Translations under genes and position numbers: made by a program
Notes under the pieces: generated by a model
What the model saw: the letters and a program-made list of their open reading frames with translations, nothing else
Database searches by the model: none
What the model was told of the DNA's origin: nothing
Source of the DNA: Candidatus Enterousia sp.
GTDB lineage: Bacteria; Pseudomonadota; Alphaproteobacteria; Rs-D84
DNA: 64,000 nt
Direction: 5' to 3'
NCBI GenBank assembly: GCA_045114635.1
Contig: JBGUKY010000022.1
Location: forward strand, 4,680 to 68,679
Part shown: positions 1 to 8,731 of the stretch, one piece after another
How the letters are laid out: each line of letters opens with the position of its first letter
Numbering within the stretch: the first letter of the stretch is position 1

Positions 1-47
1 TGTTAAAGTTCAGCGGGGCAAGCTGCCACGTGGTAAGAATACAATAA
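1..47 (+). CDS. 3' end of an upstream ORF cut by the window edge (product unknown)
   Basis: Frame 3 is open from the window edge to TAA at 45-47 (...LKFSGASCHVVRIQ*), ending 6 nt before the virB10-like start. Too short to identify. A virB9-like gene would fit the position, but that is context only. Confidence 0.25.
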   Translation, partial: LKFSGASCHVVRIQ

Positions 48-53
48 AAAGAA

Positions 54-2462
54 ATGAAAAGTTTAAAACAACAATTTAAAGAATTTCAAACAACTACGCC
101 TAAACATATCCAATGGATATTGTTGGGCGCGGCATTTGTTGTTGTTATAATTTTGTTGGTATTATTACTAGGTCACAAATCACACAGCACATCTGCTGAA
201 GAAATGAACGAAAATGTTTATCTTGATGTCGAACCTCAAGTAATAGATTTGACTAATGTAGAAATTGGAACATCAGACAGCAAAAATATCAATGTTTCTG
301 TCAATGCACCTGTTGTCATAGACAGTATTCATACCGGTGTTAATGAAATAAAAACAACGGATACTTGTGATAATCTGACCGATGTTTGTATAATTAAGGT
401 TATCTATCGTCCAACTGTTGAAAAAAAAGAATCTGATACCACATTGAAAATAAATTGGTATATCGAATCACAACCAGACATTATAAAAACTAGAGAGGTT
501 TCTGTAAAATATTCTTCGTGGAAAAAAGAAGAAAAAAAACCAGAGCCTGTCATAATTCCTGAACCAGAACCAATTATTATAGAAGAACCAGAAATAATTG
601 AACCAGAACCAATTATTCCAAAGGCTGTTGAAGAAATAAAAACTATCGCAGTTGAAAATCCTTTCAAAGAAGATCCTGTTGAAAAGTTTGCATTGCCACC
701 TGAAAAATGTTCTGAATTCGCAATTCCAGGTTATGATCAATCTGGTCGTCAAATTGGTTGGATAAAACCAGAACGTGGTGCAAATTATTTTCATCCTTTT
801 TCTGATAAAGATTGTTCGAATCCAACTGGTAAATATGATTTGGCAACCGGTATTATAACCTCGTTATCTGATGGGTCAAAAATTGGTACTGATTCAGATC
901 ATATTGGTTATCGCAATGTACGTTCTCGTAATTTAACTGTTCCTCAACTAAGTGCACCAAAATCATTAACAAGCAATGGTAAGTTTAGTGCAGATGCAGT
1001 TTGGGAAGCGACAGATACCGAAGGTAATGCAATAATAGCACAAGAAGTAAAAAAATTCGATAAAACAGCAACAGAGGATTTTGACAAACTTGCATTAAAA
1101 GGTTCTGGTTTTGATGCTGAATCAGTAACGTCTTCACGTCCATATGACCGTACATTTATATTACGTCAATTCAAACCTATTCCTGCAACAATAGTATCCG
1201 AAGTTCGCGCAGACCCAAGTGTTTACGGTTACAACAAAAATGGCGGAATACCTGAAAATGGAAAAAACGAAAATTACAGCATACCAGTTCGCGCAACAGT
1301 CGATAGAAATGTTTATTCTGATGATGGTCGCACAATAATATTACCAACAGGAACATTATTAATGGGGTATTTGGACGGCAACTTACCAGGTCCTTATCAG
1401 GCATTTGGACGCATGAATATAAAATGGTATCAATTTATTCGTCCAGATGGTGTAGAGTTTAACTTTACGGAAGGCCAAGATCCTTATTCGGCTGACGCCC
1501 AAGGTCGTATGGGGGTTCCAGGACATGGAAGTACTGATTATGTAGAACAAATGGTTATGCCAATTTTAACATCGCTTGTTCCAGCGGCGGTTAATATGAT
1601 TGCTCCAATAGCAGATACTGTTATCAATCAAATTGATTTGGATAATAACACAATTGTTCAATCTGGAACAATTCGTTCTTCAGAATTGGCAAAACAGGAA
1701 GTTATAAATACATGGAATAAAATAACCCAAAAATTATTAGTAGATGCAATTGATAATACTGTTCCACCATTTTCAATTGCTGCTGGTACACGTATAAATG
1801 TATTTTCTCCTGTCGATTTAGTTGTCACATGTGATGAAAATATAAACAAGGGTAAAAAATGTGCATTTACAACGTACAGCAATAATCCACGTCGTAGATG
1901 GGCAGATCTGAAAGATAGAGCGCGACCAAATACTCAAGATTCTTCTTGGGTTGGTCAAGTACGTTCATTTGATTTGATGCAATATTGCAGTACAGATAGC
2001 AATGGTAAAGTTTCTATTGGATCAAATTGGGCATCTTCTGGATATGATTACAGAACAGTTTATATGTACTGTGAATCACAAAATTATCAAGCCAAGAATA
2101 ATGCAAAACAAGCGGCTTACACAGAAAGCGTTAAACAACAAGCAGAAAAGAAATATGGCAACATCCAATTTAATCAAACAAAAGGCATATATGATACAAG
2201 TGGTCAAACTGCAGAACAACAAAAAGCATATAATCAAGATATACTTGGTTTGAAATATGATGATGAAGATAACATTATAAATCCTTGGGCAACACCAGCC
2301 GCTGATCCGATAGTTGAAGAAGTATTAACTTGTGATGATGGCAGTGCGCCTGATATGAACGGTTGTTGCGCAGGCGAAACATATACTGATATGGGTGATC
2401 AAGGATTCAATTGTTGTCCAGATAGCGGTGGTGATTGTTTTCCACCAATAGAAGTTAATTAA
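54..2462 (+). CDS. virB10: VirB10/TrbI-family type IV secretion protein, unusually long (802 aa) with extra N-proximal and C-terminal regions
   Basis: Single N-terminal TM helix (WILLGAAFVVVIILLVLLLG). Pro/Glu-rich spacer (PEPVIIPEPEPIIIEEPEIIEPEPIIP). Residues ~362-592 carry VirB10/TrbI barrel-domain hallmarks (IPATIVSEV..., VRATVDRNVYSDDGRTIILPTGTLLMGY, RMNIKWYQFIRPDGVEF, DAQGRMGVPGH, AAGTRINVFSPVDLVV). An intrinsic terminator follows. Confidence 0.8.
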   Translation: MKSLKQQFKEFQTTTPKHIQWILLGAAFVVVIILLVLLLGHKSHSTSAEEMNENVYLDVEPQVIDLTNVEIGTSDSKNINVSVNAPVVIDSIHTGVNEIKTTDTCDNLTDVCIIKVIYRPTVEKKESDTTLKINWYIESQPDIIKTREVSVKYSSWKKEEKKPEPVIIPEPEPIIIEEPEIIEPEPIIPKAVEEIKTIAVENPFKEDPVEKFALPPEKCSEFAIPGYDQSGRQIGWIKPERGANYFHPFSDKDCSNPTGKYDLATGIITSLSDGSKIGTDSDHIGYRNVRSRNLTVPQLSAPKSLTSNGKFSADAVWEATDTEGNAIIAQEVKKFDKTATEDFDKLALKGSGFDAESVTSSRPYDRTFILRQFKPIPATIVSEVRADPSVYGYNKNGGIPENGKNENYSIPVRATVDRNVYSDDGRTIILPTGTLLMGYLDGNLPGPYQAFGRMNIKWYQFIRPDGVEFNFTEGQDPYSADAQGRMGVPGHGSTDYVEQMVMPILTSLVPAAVNMIAPIADTVINQIDLDNNTIVQSGTIRSSELAKQEVINTWNKITQKLLVDAIDNTVPPFSIAAGTRINVFSPVDLVVTCDENINKGKKCAFTTYSNNPRRRWADLKDRARPNTQDSSWVGQVRSFDLMQYCSTDSNGKVSIGSNWASSGYDYRTVYMYCESQNYQAKNNAKQAAYTESVKQQAEKKYGNIQFNQTKGIYDTSGQTAEQQKAYNQDILGLKYDDEDNIINPWATPAADPIVEEVLTCDDGSAPDMNGCCAGETYTDMGDQGFNCCPDSGGDCFPPIEVN
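560..617 (+). repeat. in-frame 19-bp perfect direct repeat (39-bp period) within the Pro/Glu-rich spacer of the VirB10-like gene
   Basis: TGAACCAGAACCAATTATT occurs at 560-578 and 599-617, encoding the repeated EPEPII units. Confidence 0.85.
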
Positions 2463-2490
2463 AAGATCCGCGAAAGCGGATTTTTTTATT
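2461..2490 (+). terminator. intrinsic terminator after virB10-like gene
   Basis: ATCCGC-GAAA-GCGGAT stem-loop followed by TTTTTTTATTT. Confidence 0.75.
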
Positions 2491-2493
2491 TAT

Positions 2494-2535
2494 CCGATTC
2501 GATTATGATTATATGAAAAATCTAATTCGAATCGG
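2494..2535. promoter_or_regulatory. perfect 9-bp inverted repeat CCGATTCGA / TCGAATCGG (24-bp spacer), part of a cluster of ATTCGA(T/A)T motifs
   Basis: Arms at 2494-2502 and 2527-2535 are exact reverse complements. Related octamers occur at 2497, 2525, 2538 (7/8) and 2580. Confidence 0.3.
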
Positions 2536-2600
2536 TTTTTCGATTTGTGTTTCTATTTACGGTTGTATAATTTTACACAATTCGATTTTTATTATACTTT

Positions 2601-2631
2601 AAAGTGCATTAGGAAATAATGCACTTTTTTT
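2601..2631 (+). terminator. terminator-like hairpin 30 nt upstream of the 2662 gene (possible attenuator or end of a short transcript)
   Basis: AAAGTGCATTA-GGAAA-TAATGCACTTT (11-bp perfect stem) followed by a T run. Confidence 0.5.
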
Positions 2632-2661
2632 AATAACAAAAAAACAAAAGGAGAAAAGATT

Positions 2662-3015
2662 ATGTTATTAAATACGATAAAAAAAGATGAAGTATCAACA
2701 ACAGAAAAATTTCAAAATGCAGAACAATTGTGGTTTTGGTTTTTATATTCAAAATCTGTACAAAATGGCTTCCATTATCACCGTTCTTCAATTAAACGCC
2801 CGTGCGAAATATTAGATGTAGAAACACTTGTCACCAAACTTTATTTATGTGGCAAACTAAGTGCAGACCAATTAGATGTTATGAAAAAATTTGGCGATAA
2901 AAAACGTGCGCCACACCAATATATTTATTCTGAAAATCGTGCAGCAGCACTTTGGCGATCTGCTATGGATGTGTTGACTATTTACGCATCAAAAAAAGGT
3001 TGGTTGGTTGATTAA
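2662..3015 (+). CDS. hypothetical protein (117 aa), no family recognised
   Basis: Strong SD (AAGGAG) 8 nt upstream of the ATG. No competing ORF. Lies between two terminator-like hairpins together with the next gene. Confidence 0.65.
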   Translation: MLLNTIKKDEVSTTEKFQNAEQLWFWFLYSKSVQNGFHYHRSSIKRPCEILDVETLVTKLYLCGKLSADQLDVMKKFGDKKRAPHQYIYSENRAAALWRSAMDVLTIYASKKGWLVD

Positions 3016-3030
3016 AAAAGGACAAATGAT

Positions 3031-3369
3031 ATGTTATATATAGGTTTTTCGAATTATTCTCATAAAATTCATTCAAAAATATTTTGTCATAAATATAAAC
3101 ATTGCGCACCTGTTATAATTAATAACAATAGTGTTATAATTTATCAGTTTGTTTGTATAGGTAAAATCGTAAAAATAACCATTAAAAGAAATGATTTAAA
3201 AACACTTAAAAAGCACGGCTGGACATTTGTAAGATATTCCAGAATATCTAAACCAATAATAATAAAACGTGGTTTAACTTGTGTTCAATTTACTAAAAAT
3301 GTGTGTGGCATAAAAAATATTATGCTACAAACGCCACTTGCTTTATTCAAGTATTTACAAACCAAATAA
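3031..3369 (+). CDS. hypothetical protein (112 aa); weak His...Cys pattern reminiscent of permuted NlpC/P60-LRAT hydrolases
   Basis: SD-like AAGGA upstream of the ATG. The motifs KHCAPVI ... LTCVQFT loosely resemble the H-x-[GA]-[IV] ... [NT]C-x-x-F order of permuted papain-like enzymes. The protein is short and this is not a confident assignment. Confidence 0.55.
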   Translation: MLYIGFSNYSHKIHSKIFCHKYKHCAPVIINNNSVIIYQFVCIGKIVKITIKRNDLKTLKKHGWTFVRYSRISKPIIIKRGLTCVQFTKNVCGIKNIMLQTPLALFKYLQTK

Positions 3370-3393
3370 AAATGCCCAAACGGGCATTTTTAT
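3366..3393. terminator. bidirectional intrinsic terminator between the 3031..3369 ORF and yidC
   Basis: AATGCCC-AAAC-GGGCATT flanked by A and T runs. Confidence 0.7.
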
Positions 3394-4937
3394 TTAATTG
3401 TCTTTTTTATTATATACATTTGTAAAATACCAAATAAGTTAGATACTGTCCAATAAAGAACTAATCCGGCCGGCATCCATGCAAACATCACTGTAAACAA
3501 CACAGGCATCCATTTCATTACGCGTTGTGTAGATGCTGTAATATCATTTGCGTTTGATGTTTGTTTTGGCGATTGTAAATATTGTTGCAACCACATTGTT
3601 GCCCCCATCAATATTGGCAATATAAAATAAGGATCCATAACCGCTAAATCAGATATCCACAAAAAGTGTGCGGAACGCATTGGTACAGATATCAGTAAAG
3701 CTTTATATAATGCAAAAAAGATTGGAATCTGTATCAACATTGGCAAACATCCAGACATCGGTGAAGTTTTATGTGTTTGATAAACCTTCATCATTTCCAT
3801 TTGAAGGCGTGCTTTATCATTAGCATATAATTTTTGAACACGTTGTAATTCTGGTTGCATTCTTTGCATCGCCATTGTTGAAACGTATGATTTACGTGTC
3901 AATGGCCATATCAACAATCTTAAAATCAGCGTCATCAAAATAATTGCAATACCATAATTACCAACCAAAACATACAACCAATTTATCATCCATAACATAG
4001 GTTGTGCGAAAAACCAGAACCAACCATAATCCATTGTTTTTGACAATCCTGGAATATTATGTGACGCAGCCTTTAATACATCACTTTGACGTGGCCCAGC
4101 GAAAACAAAAGTGTTTATTTCTGAATCTTGTTTTGCAGCAATTTTAACAGGTGCTACATTTGTTTGTGCAAAATATAAATCACCACTCTTCTTCAAACTT
4201 ATTGTTTGGTCTTTGGCATCAATAGAAGCAACTGTTTCCCAATATTGTTCTGCAAACCCAAAAGATGCATTAACCGAAGAATACGCGAAAGATTTTTTAT
4301 TTAATTTATTCCAATTCACATAGTCTAAATTAGAATTAGCATAAACAACACCACCCGTTTCAACAGCAGCAGATGTTTTATCATTTGCGTTTTGTGTAAT
4401 TTGAACATATGGCGCAACACTGATTTCTTTGTTTGAATTATTTTTAATTGTATCAGATATCTTTATAACATAGCCTTCAACTGATATATTACGTGTAAAA
4501 TGAACATTAGAAGCGTTCCAATGCATTACACCATTTTTCAATTCCCAATGTGTGTTTATATTTGGAACACTAACATCAGATGATACATAACCAATTTCAA
4601 CAAAGTTGTTTTCTTCATTTAATAACGCAACACGTTCATCAGATTTAGAATCTTTTTTATGTTTATTTAATGATACATTTGAAATACGCAATCCTTGAAC
4701 ATCAAAAGCAACATCTTCGCTTGCAATACTTTTCTTTGCAGTCTTAGATTGTTCAACAGTAATTGGCGCAACTTCTTTTATTTCTGTATTTTGTGGCTTA
4801 AACCATACACCCATTATCCACCATGCGAACAAGAACAATATCAACCACCACAAAAAACCAGAAAACTTTGATGGTTTTTGTGTGTTCATTTTATTCCACT
4901 GATTAAACCCAGATTGATTATCCATATATTGTACCAT
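3390..4937 (-). CDS. yidC: membrane protein insertase YidC
   Basis: 515 aa. N-terminal TM, a large periplasmic domain, then a C-terminal 5-TM core with typical YidC sequence (YGWFWFFAQPMLWMINW, IAIILMTLILRLLIWPLT, MQPELQRVQKLY, GCLPMLIQIPIFFALY). Confidence 0.9.
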   Translation of the reverse strand: MVQYMDNQSGFNQWNKMNTQKPSKFSGFLWWLILFLFAWWIMGVWFKPQNTEIKEVAPITVEQSKTAKKSIASEDVAFDVQGLRISNVSLNKHKKDSKSDERVALLNEENNFVEIGYVSSDVSVPNINTHWELKNGVMHWNASNVHFTRNISVEGYVIKISDTIKNNSNKEISVAPYVQITQNANDKTSAAVETGGVVYANSNLDYVNWNKLNKKSFAYSSVNASFGFAEQYWETVASIDAKDQTISLKKSGDLYFAQTNVAPVKIAAKQDSEINTFVFAGPRQSDVLKAASHNIPGLSKTMDYGWFWFFAQPMLWMINWLYVLVGNYGIAIILMTLILRLLIWPLTRKSYVSTMAMQRMQPELQRVQKLYANDKARLQMEMMKVYQTHKTSPMSGCLPMLIQIPIFFALYKALLISVPMRSAHFLWISDLAVMDPYFILPILMGATMWLQQYLQSPKQTSNANDITASTQRVMKWMPVLFTVMFAWMPAGLVLYWTVSNLFGILQMYIIKKTIK

Positions 4938-4951
4938 TTATATTTTCCTTT

Positions 4952-5512
4952 TTATTTACAACTACATTTTTTTCTGTTTAAAAACATATTTATTAAATAT
5001 AAAATAACCCCGAATGTAATAAACATATCACCAACATTAAATATCGCTGGAAAAGTCCAAAGGCCACCAATATGCCATTGTATAAAATCGGCAACAGCCC
5101 CGTAATGAACACGATCGACAAGATTACCAATCGCACCACCAATAATCATCGCAAGCGGCCATTTTTCGTAATCGCAAGATTTTTTGATCATGTAATAAAC
5201 CAACCATAAAATAATCAATGCTGTGATTATACTTAAAATAACAGGCATCACCGAATTAAATGCTGAAAACGAAACACCTTTGTTCCATACAAAATGTATA
5301 TTGAACAAATTTGATAACCCGTAATCACCACCAATTAAATCGCGCCATGAAATAATTACACCGTTTATATGGCATTTTGCACAGATAGCATTTGGATTAA
5401 AAATCACATCTCCATATTTATTTGACAACAAATCTAACAAATACTGTTTTGAAAAGAAATCAGCGGCAAAAACCACCAAAATAATTGCTATATATTTTAA
5501 AAACTTTTTCAT
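4952..5512 (-). CDS. lspA: lipoprotein signal peptidase II
   Basis: 186 aa, 4 TM. Motifs VWNKGVSFS and GGAIGNLVDRVHYGAVADFI are typical of LspA. Directly upstream of yidC on the same strand. Confidence 0.85.
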   Translation of the reverse strand: MKKFLKYIAIILVVFAADFFSKQYLLDLLSNKYGDVIFNPNAICAKCHINGVIISWRDLIGGDYGLSNLFNIHFVWNKGVSFSAFNSVMPVILSIITALIILWLVYYMIKKSCDYEKWPLAMIIGGAIGNLVDRVHYGAVADFIQWHIGGLWTFPAIFNVGDMFITFGVILYLINMFLNRKKCSCK

Positions 5513-5569
5513 ATTTTCTCCGTTTTCAAAAATATAGCAATTAGATGTGATAAAATCAAATATAAATCA

Positions 5570-7273
5570 TTATTTGGTATCAATAGGTTTCTTGATATTT
5601 TCGTACCCATTTTCACGCAAATGACTGATCAAGGCGCTTATCTTTGGTTTTGAAATGCCTAATCCTGTCATAACATCCCCCCCCAAAATAAATGATGATT
5701 CTATAATTTCTGGTGTCGCAGATTTTACGCCCATTTTTAATAAGTCACGTGAAGATCGTAAGTTGTGTGCACGTGCAAATATTTTTATACGTTTTGATAG
5801 CCCATTAACAGTTTGAACAATATCACGTGCAACCTCTTCATCATTCAAAGAAATTACTACCGCATGTGTTTTGGTAACTTTAAGCCCCGCTGCCAACAAT
5901 ATTGCCTTTTTCTTGGAATCGCCATAGATAACATTATATCCTGATTCTCGTGCCATAACTACTTCATCTACATTGCCATCAATCGCAACATACGATATAT
6001 TTTCTGTTTCTAACATTTGAGCGACAATTTGTCCCATACGACCAAATCCACAAATTATAACCGTTGGTGTTATATCATTTGTTCTTTCTGATAATTTTTT
6101 ATTATTAGAACCATTGAAAATCTTGCCTGCTTTCAACAATAAATCATATATCAAAAGCAATATTGGTGTCATCATAATAGAAACGATTATGACAGCTGTT
6201 AAAATTTCTTGGCTTTCAGCAGGAATCGCAGAAATACCGTTCGTTTTCATGGTTTGTAAAATCAACAACGCAAATTCACCACCTTGCGCTAACATAAGCG
6301 ACATTAAAAACGCTTCGCGGGTTTGAACATGACGGACACGTGCAACAATATACAAAGCAAAGAATTTTATAAACACCAGGCCAGCAACACCTATTAACAC
6401 CATTGACCAATTATCCATCAAAAATGGCAAATTTATTCCCATACCTAACACAATAAAGAAGAAAGCCAAGAACAATGTTGCATACGGTTCAATAACCGCA
6501 TTAACCTGATGTCTGTAAACAGTTTCGGACATCAACATACCTGCCAAGAAAGCCCCCAATGCTGGCGGCAACCCCATTAAACTTAAAACCACAGCCCATA
6601 CAGCAATATTTACCATTATTGCCAAAACAAATGCTTCTGTAGATTTAATACGCGCCACAACACGCATCAACGGATTTATAATGAATTTTGATACAATAAT
6701 AACACCTAAGATTAATCCCAAAGACATTACCAAAATATCAATAGCGGAAGCCCCCAAACTGATTGATTTGCCCGCCATAATTGGTAACATCGCAAGCAGA
6801 GGAATTGATAATAAATCTTGGAACAATAAAATCGAAAACGTCTGACGTCCCATATCTGTTTGTAGTTGATTTCTATCAATCAATATCTGTAAATCTTCTG
6901 ATGTACTGGACATTGCTAAAATCAAAGATATCATAACAGTTCCCATCAATGACCAAGGCGTAATTCCAACAAGTATAGGGAAAAGCATTACAGCAACCAT
7001 TAAAACCTGGGATGCACCAAGACCAAATATCGTTTTTCTTAATTGCCAAAGTCGTTGCATATTGATTTGTAAACCGATATTAAACCAAAGGAACATCACA
7101 CCCAGTTCACCCAAAAAGTTCCAGGTTCCAGACAATTCGAACAAACCAAACACATGCTGACCAGCCAAAATACCAGTCAATAAAAATGCTAACAATGTTC
7201 CCATCTTAAAAAGTCGCATGAAAAATACTGCTACAAATGCTATTGCGAAAAATAAAAGTGTTGCTGTTGACAT
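5570..7273 (-). CDS. CPA2-family monovalent cation/H+ antiporter with C-terminal TrkA-N (RCK) domain (KefB/KefC-like)
   Basis: 567 aa. About 12 TM segments, followed by a Rossmann motif VIICGFGRMGQIVAQML and an RCK-like tail. Confidence 0.85.
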   Translation of the reverse strand: MSTATLLFFAIAFVAVFFMRLFKMGTLLAFLLTGILAGQHVFGLFELSGTWNFLGELGVMFLWFNIGLQINMQRLWQLRKTIFGLGASQVLMVAVMLFPILVGITPWSLMGTVMISLILAMSSTSEDLQILIDRNQLQTDMGRQTFSILLFQDLLSIPLLAMLPIMAGKSISLGASAIDILVMSLGLILGVIIVSKFIINPLMRVVARIKSTEAFVLAIMVNIAVWAVVLSLMGLPPALGAFLAGMLMSETVYRHQVNAVIEPYATLFLAFFFIVLGMGINLPFLMDNWSMVLIGVAGLVFIKFFALYIVARVRHVQTREAFLMSLMLAQGGEFALLILQTMKTNGISAIPAESQEILTAVIIVSIMMTPILLLIYDLLLKAGKIFNGSNNKKLSERTNDITPTVIICGFGRMGQIVAQMLETENISYVAIDGNVDEVVMARESGYNVIYGDSKKKAILLAAGLKVTKTHAVVISLNDEEVARDIVQTVNGLSKRIKIFARAHNLRSSRDLLKMGVKSATPEIIESSFILGGDVMTGLGISKPKISALISHLRENGYENIKKPIDTK

Positions 7274-7298
7274 GTTTCTCTCTCCCCGTTTTATCTTA

Positions 7299-8132
7299 TT
7301 ATATCAGATTTGAATCAATTTTATGCGAAATTTTTAAGAATAATTCTGGTTGTATTTCTTCTGCGCGCTCAGTCCCGGTCAAACCGTATTGTTCCCAATC
7401 TATTTTTATTATTCCGCGTATCATTTTACGTCTTTGCCCGAATAATTTGGCCGTTAATTTTTCCAGTTTTGATATATCGCTTATTTTACTTATTTTATTT
7501 TTATTCGGAATAATTTGAACAACTGCAGATTGAACTTTTGGTCGTGGAACAAATGCAGTATTTGGAACATCAAATAATATTTTAGTGTCCGCAATTAAAT
7601 TACATAACACAGACAATCTGCCGTATTGCGCATCACCAACCTTTGCAACTATACGTTGCGCAACTTCTTTTTGAAACATCAAAGTTAGTGATTTTATATT
7701 ATTACCATTTGCAATTTTATGCATCCAACCAATCAATAATTCAGTACCAACATTATATGGTAAATTAGAACAAATTGCGAAACCATTCTTATCTAGATTT
7801 GATAAATCAGTTTTTAATGCGTCACCGAAAATAACTTCTAATTTACCATCCGAAGCATCAATTATTTTAGATAATATAGGTTCGGTTGTTTTATCTTTTT
7901 CTATTGCTACTAATTTTTTAGCACCAGACATTAAGATGGCACGTGTTAAACCACCTGGTCCAGGTCCAATCTCTACCACAGTCATTTTTTCTATATCTGG
8001 TATACTGCGTGCTATGCGTGATGTAAGATTTAAATCAAACAAAAAGTTTTGACCGAATTGTTTTTTGGGTTCCAAACCGCTTTCGCGCATCATTTCTGAT
8101 ACAGGTGGCAAAGATGCAATTTTATCTGTCAT
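7299..8132 (-). CDS. rsmA: 16S rRNA (adenine1518/1519-N6)-dimethyltransferase
   Basis: KKQFGQNFLFD start motif, SAM-binding VVEIGPGPGGLT, NLPYNVGT motif. Confidence 0.9.
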   Translation of the reverse strand: MTDKIASLPPVSEMMRESGLEPKKQFGQNFLFDLNLTSRIARSIPDIEKMTVVEIGPGPGGLTRAILMSGAKKLVAIEKDKTTEPILSKIIDASDGKLEVIFGDALKTDLSNLDKNGFAICSNLPYNVGTELLIGWMHKIANGNNIKSLTLMFQKEVAQRIVAKVGDAQYGRLSVLCNLIADTKILFDVPNTAFVPRPKVQSAVVQIIPNKNKISKISDISKLEKLTAKLFGQRRKMIRGIIKIDWEQYGLTGTERAEEIQPELFLKISHKIDSNLI

Positions 8133-8719
8133 AATTTTTTACGCCCCCCGAAAGCCAGTGTCAGTGTTCCATCATCAATATAATCTAAATCACCACCCAG
8201 CGGCACACCAGATGCTAATTCAGAAAAAGATACGTTTGTGTCCGCGATTGATGAAATTATATATTGCTGGGTTGTTTTACCTTCGACAGTGTTTGGCAAT
8301 GCAAATATTATTTCTTCGATATTTTCATTTTTAATGCGTGACGGTATATTTGAAATATTTAAATCATCAGGTGTAACACCATTTACACCAGACAAATTGC
8401 CCCCCAACACGTGATAACGTCCACGAAAAACACCAGATTTTTCAAGCACCAACACATCAGATAAATCGCGCACTATACACAACTGACCATTTTTACGCGC
8501 ACTGTCCGAACAATATTCACAAATATCGCCATCCGTTAAAACACCGCATACAGAACAAGGATGAATTGATTTCGATGCGTCCATTAATGCATCAGCCAAA
8601 GATTCTGCACGTCCTGTTTTATCTTGTAACAAACCAATAACTATACGTGTTGCAGCACGTGTCCCAACACGTGGTAATTTGGCAAATTGTTTAATAAGTT
8701 TTTCTATCTTTATATTCAT
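8129..8719 (-). CDS. recR: recombination protein RecR
   Basis: 196 aa. LPRVGTRAATRI HhH motif, Cys4 zinc finger (CSVCGVLTDGDICEYC), Toprim segment. 4-nt overlap with rsmA. Confidence 0.9.
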   Translation of the reverse strand: MNIKIEKLIKQFAKLPRVGTRAATRIVIGLLQDKTGRAESLADALMDASKSIHPCSVCGVLTDGDICEYCSDSARKNGQLCIVRDLSDVLVLEKSGVFRGRYHVLGGNLSGVNGVTPDDLNISNIPSRIKNENIEEIIFALPNTVEGKTTQQYIISSIADTNVSFSELASGVPLGGDLDYIDDGTLTLAFGGRKKL

Positions 8720-8731
8720 ATCTATTCGTCT

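Noticed and set aside
540-625. Periodic repeat as a possible CRISPR or minisatellite
   Set aside because: There are only two 19-bp copies, in frame, encoding the proline-rich spacer of VirB10. I saw no repeat-spacer architecture anywhere in the window.
404-1882. Minus-strand ORFs 404..667, 468..794, 664..846, 1177..1404 and 1658..1882 inside the VirB10-like gene
   Set aside because: They are antisense shadows of a long ORF with clear family motifs. Their products are low-complexity or Phe/Asn-rich, and they have no SD sequences.
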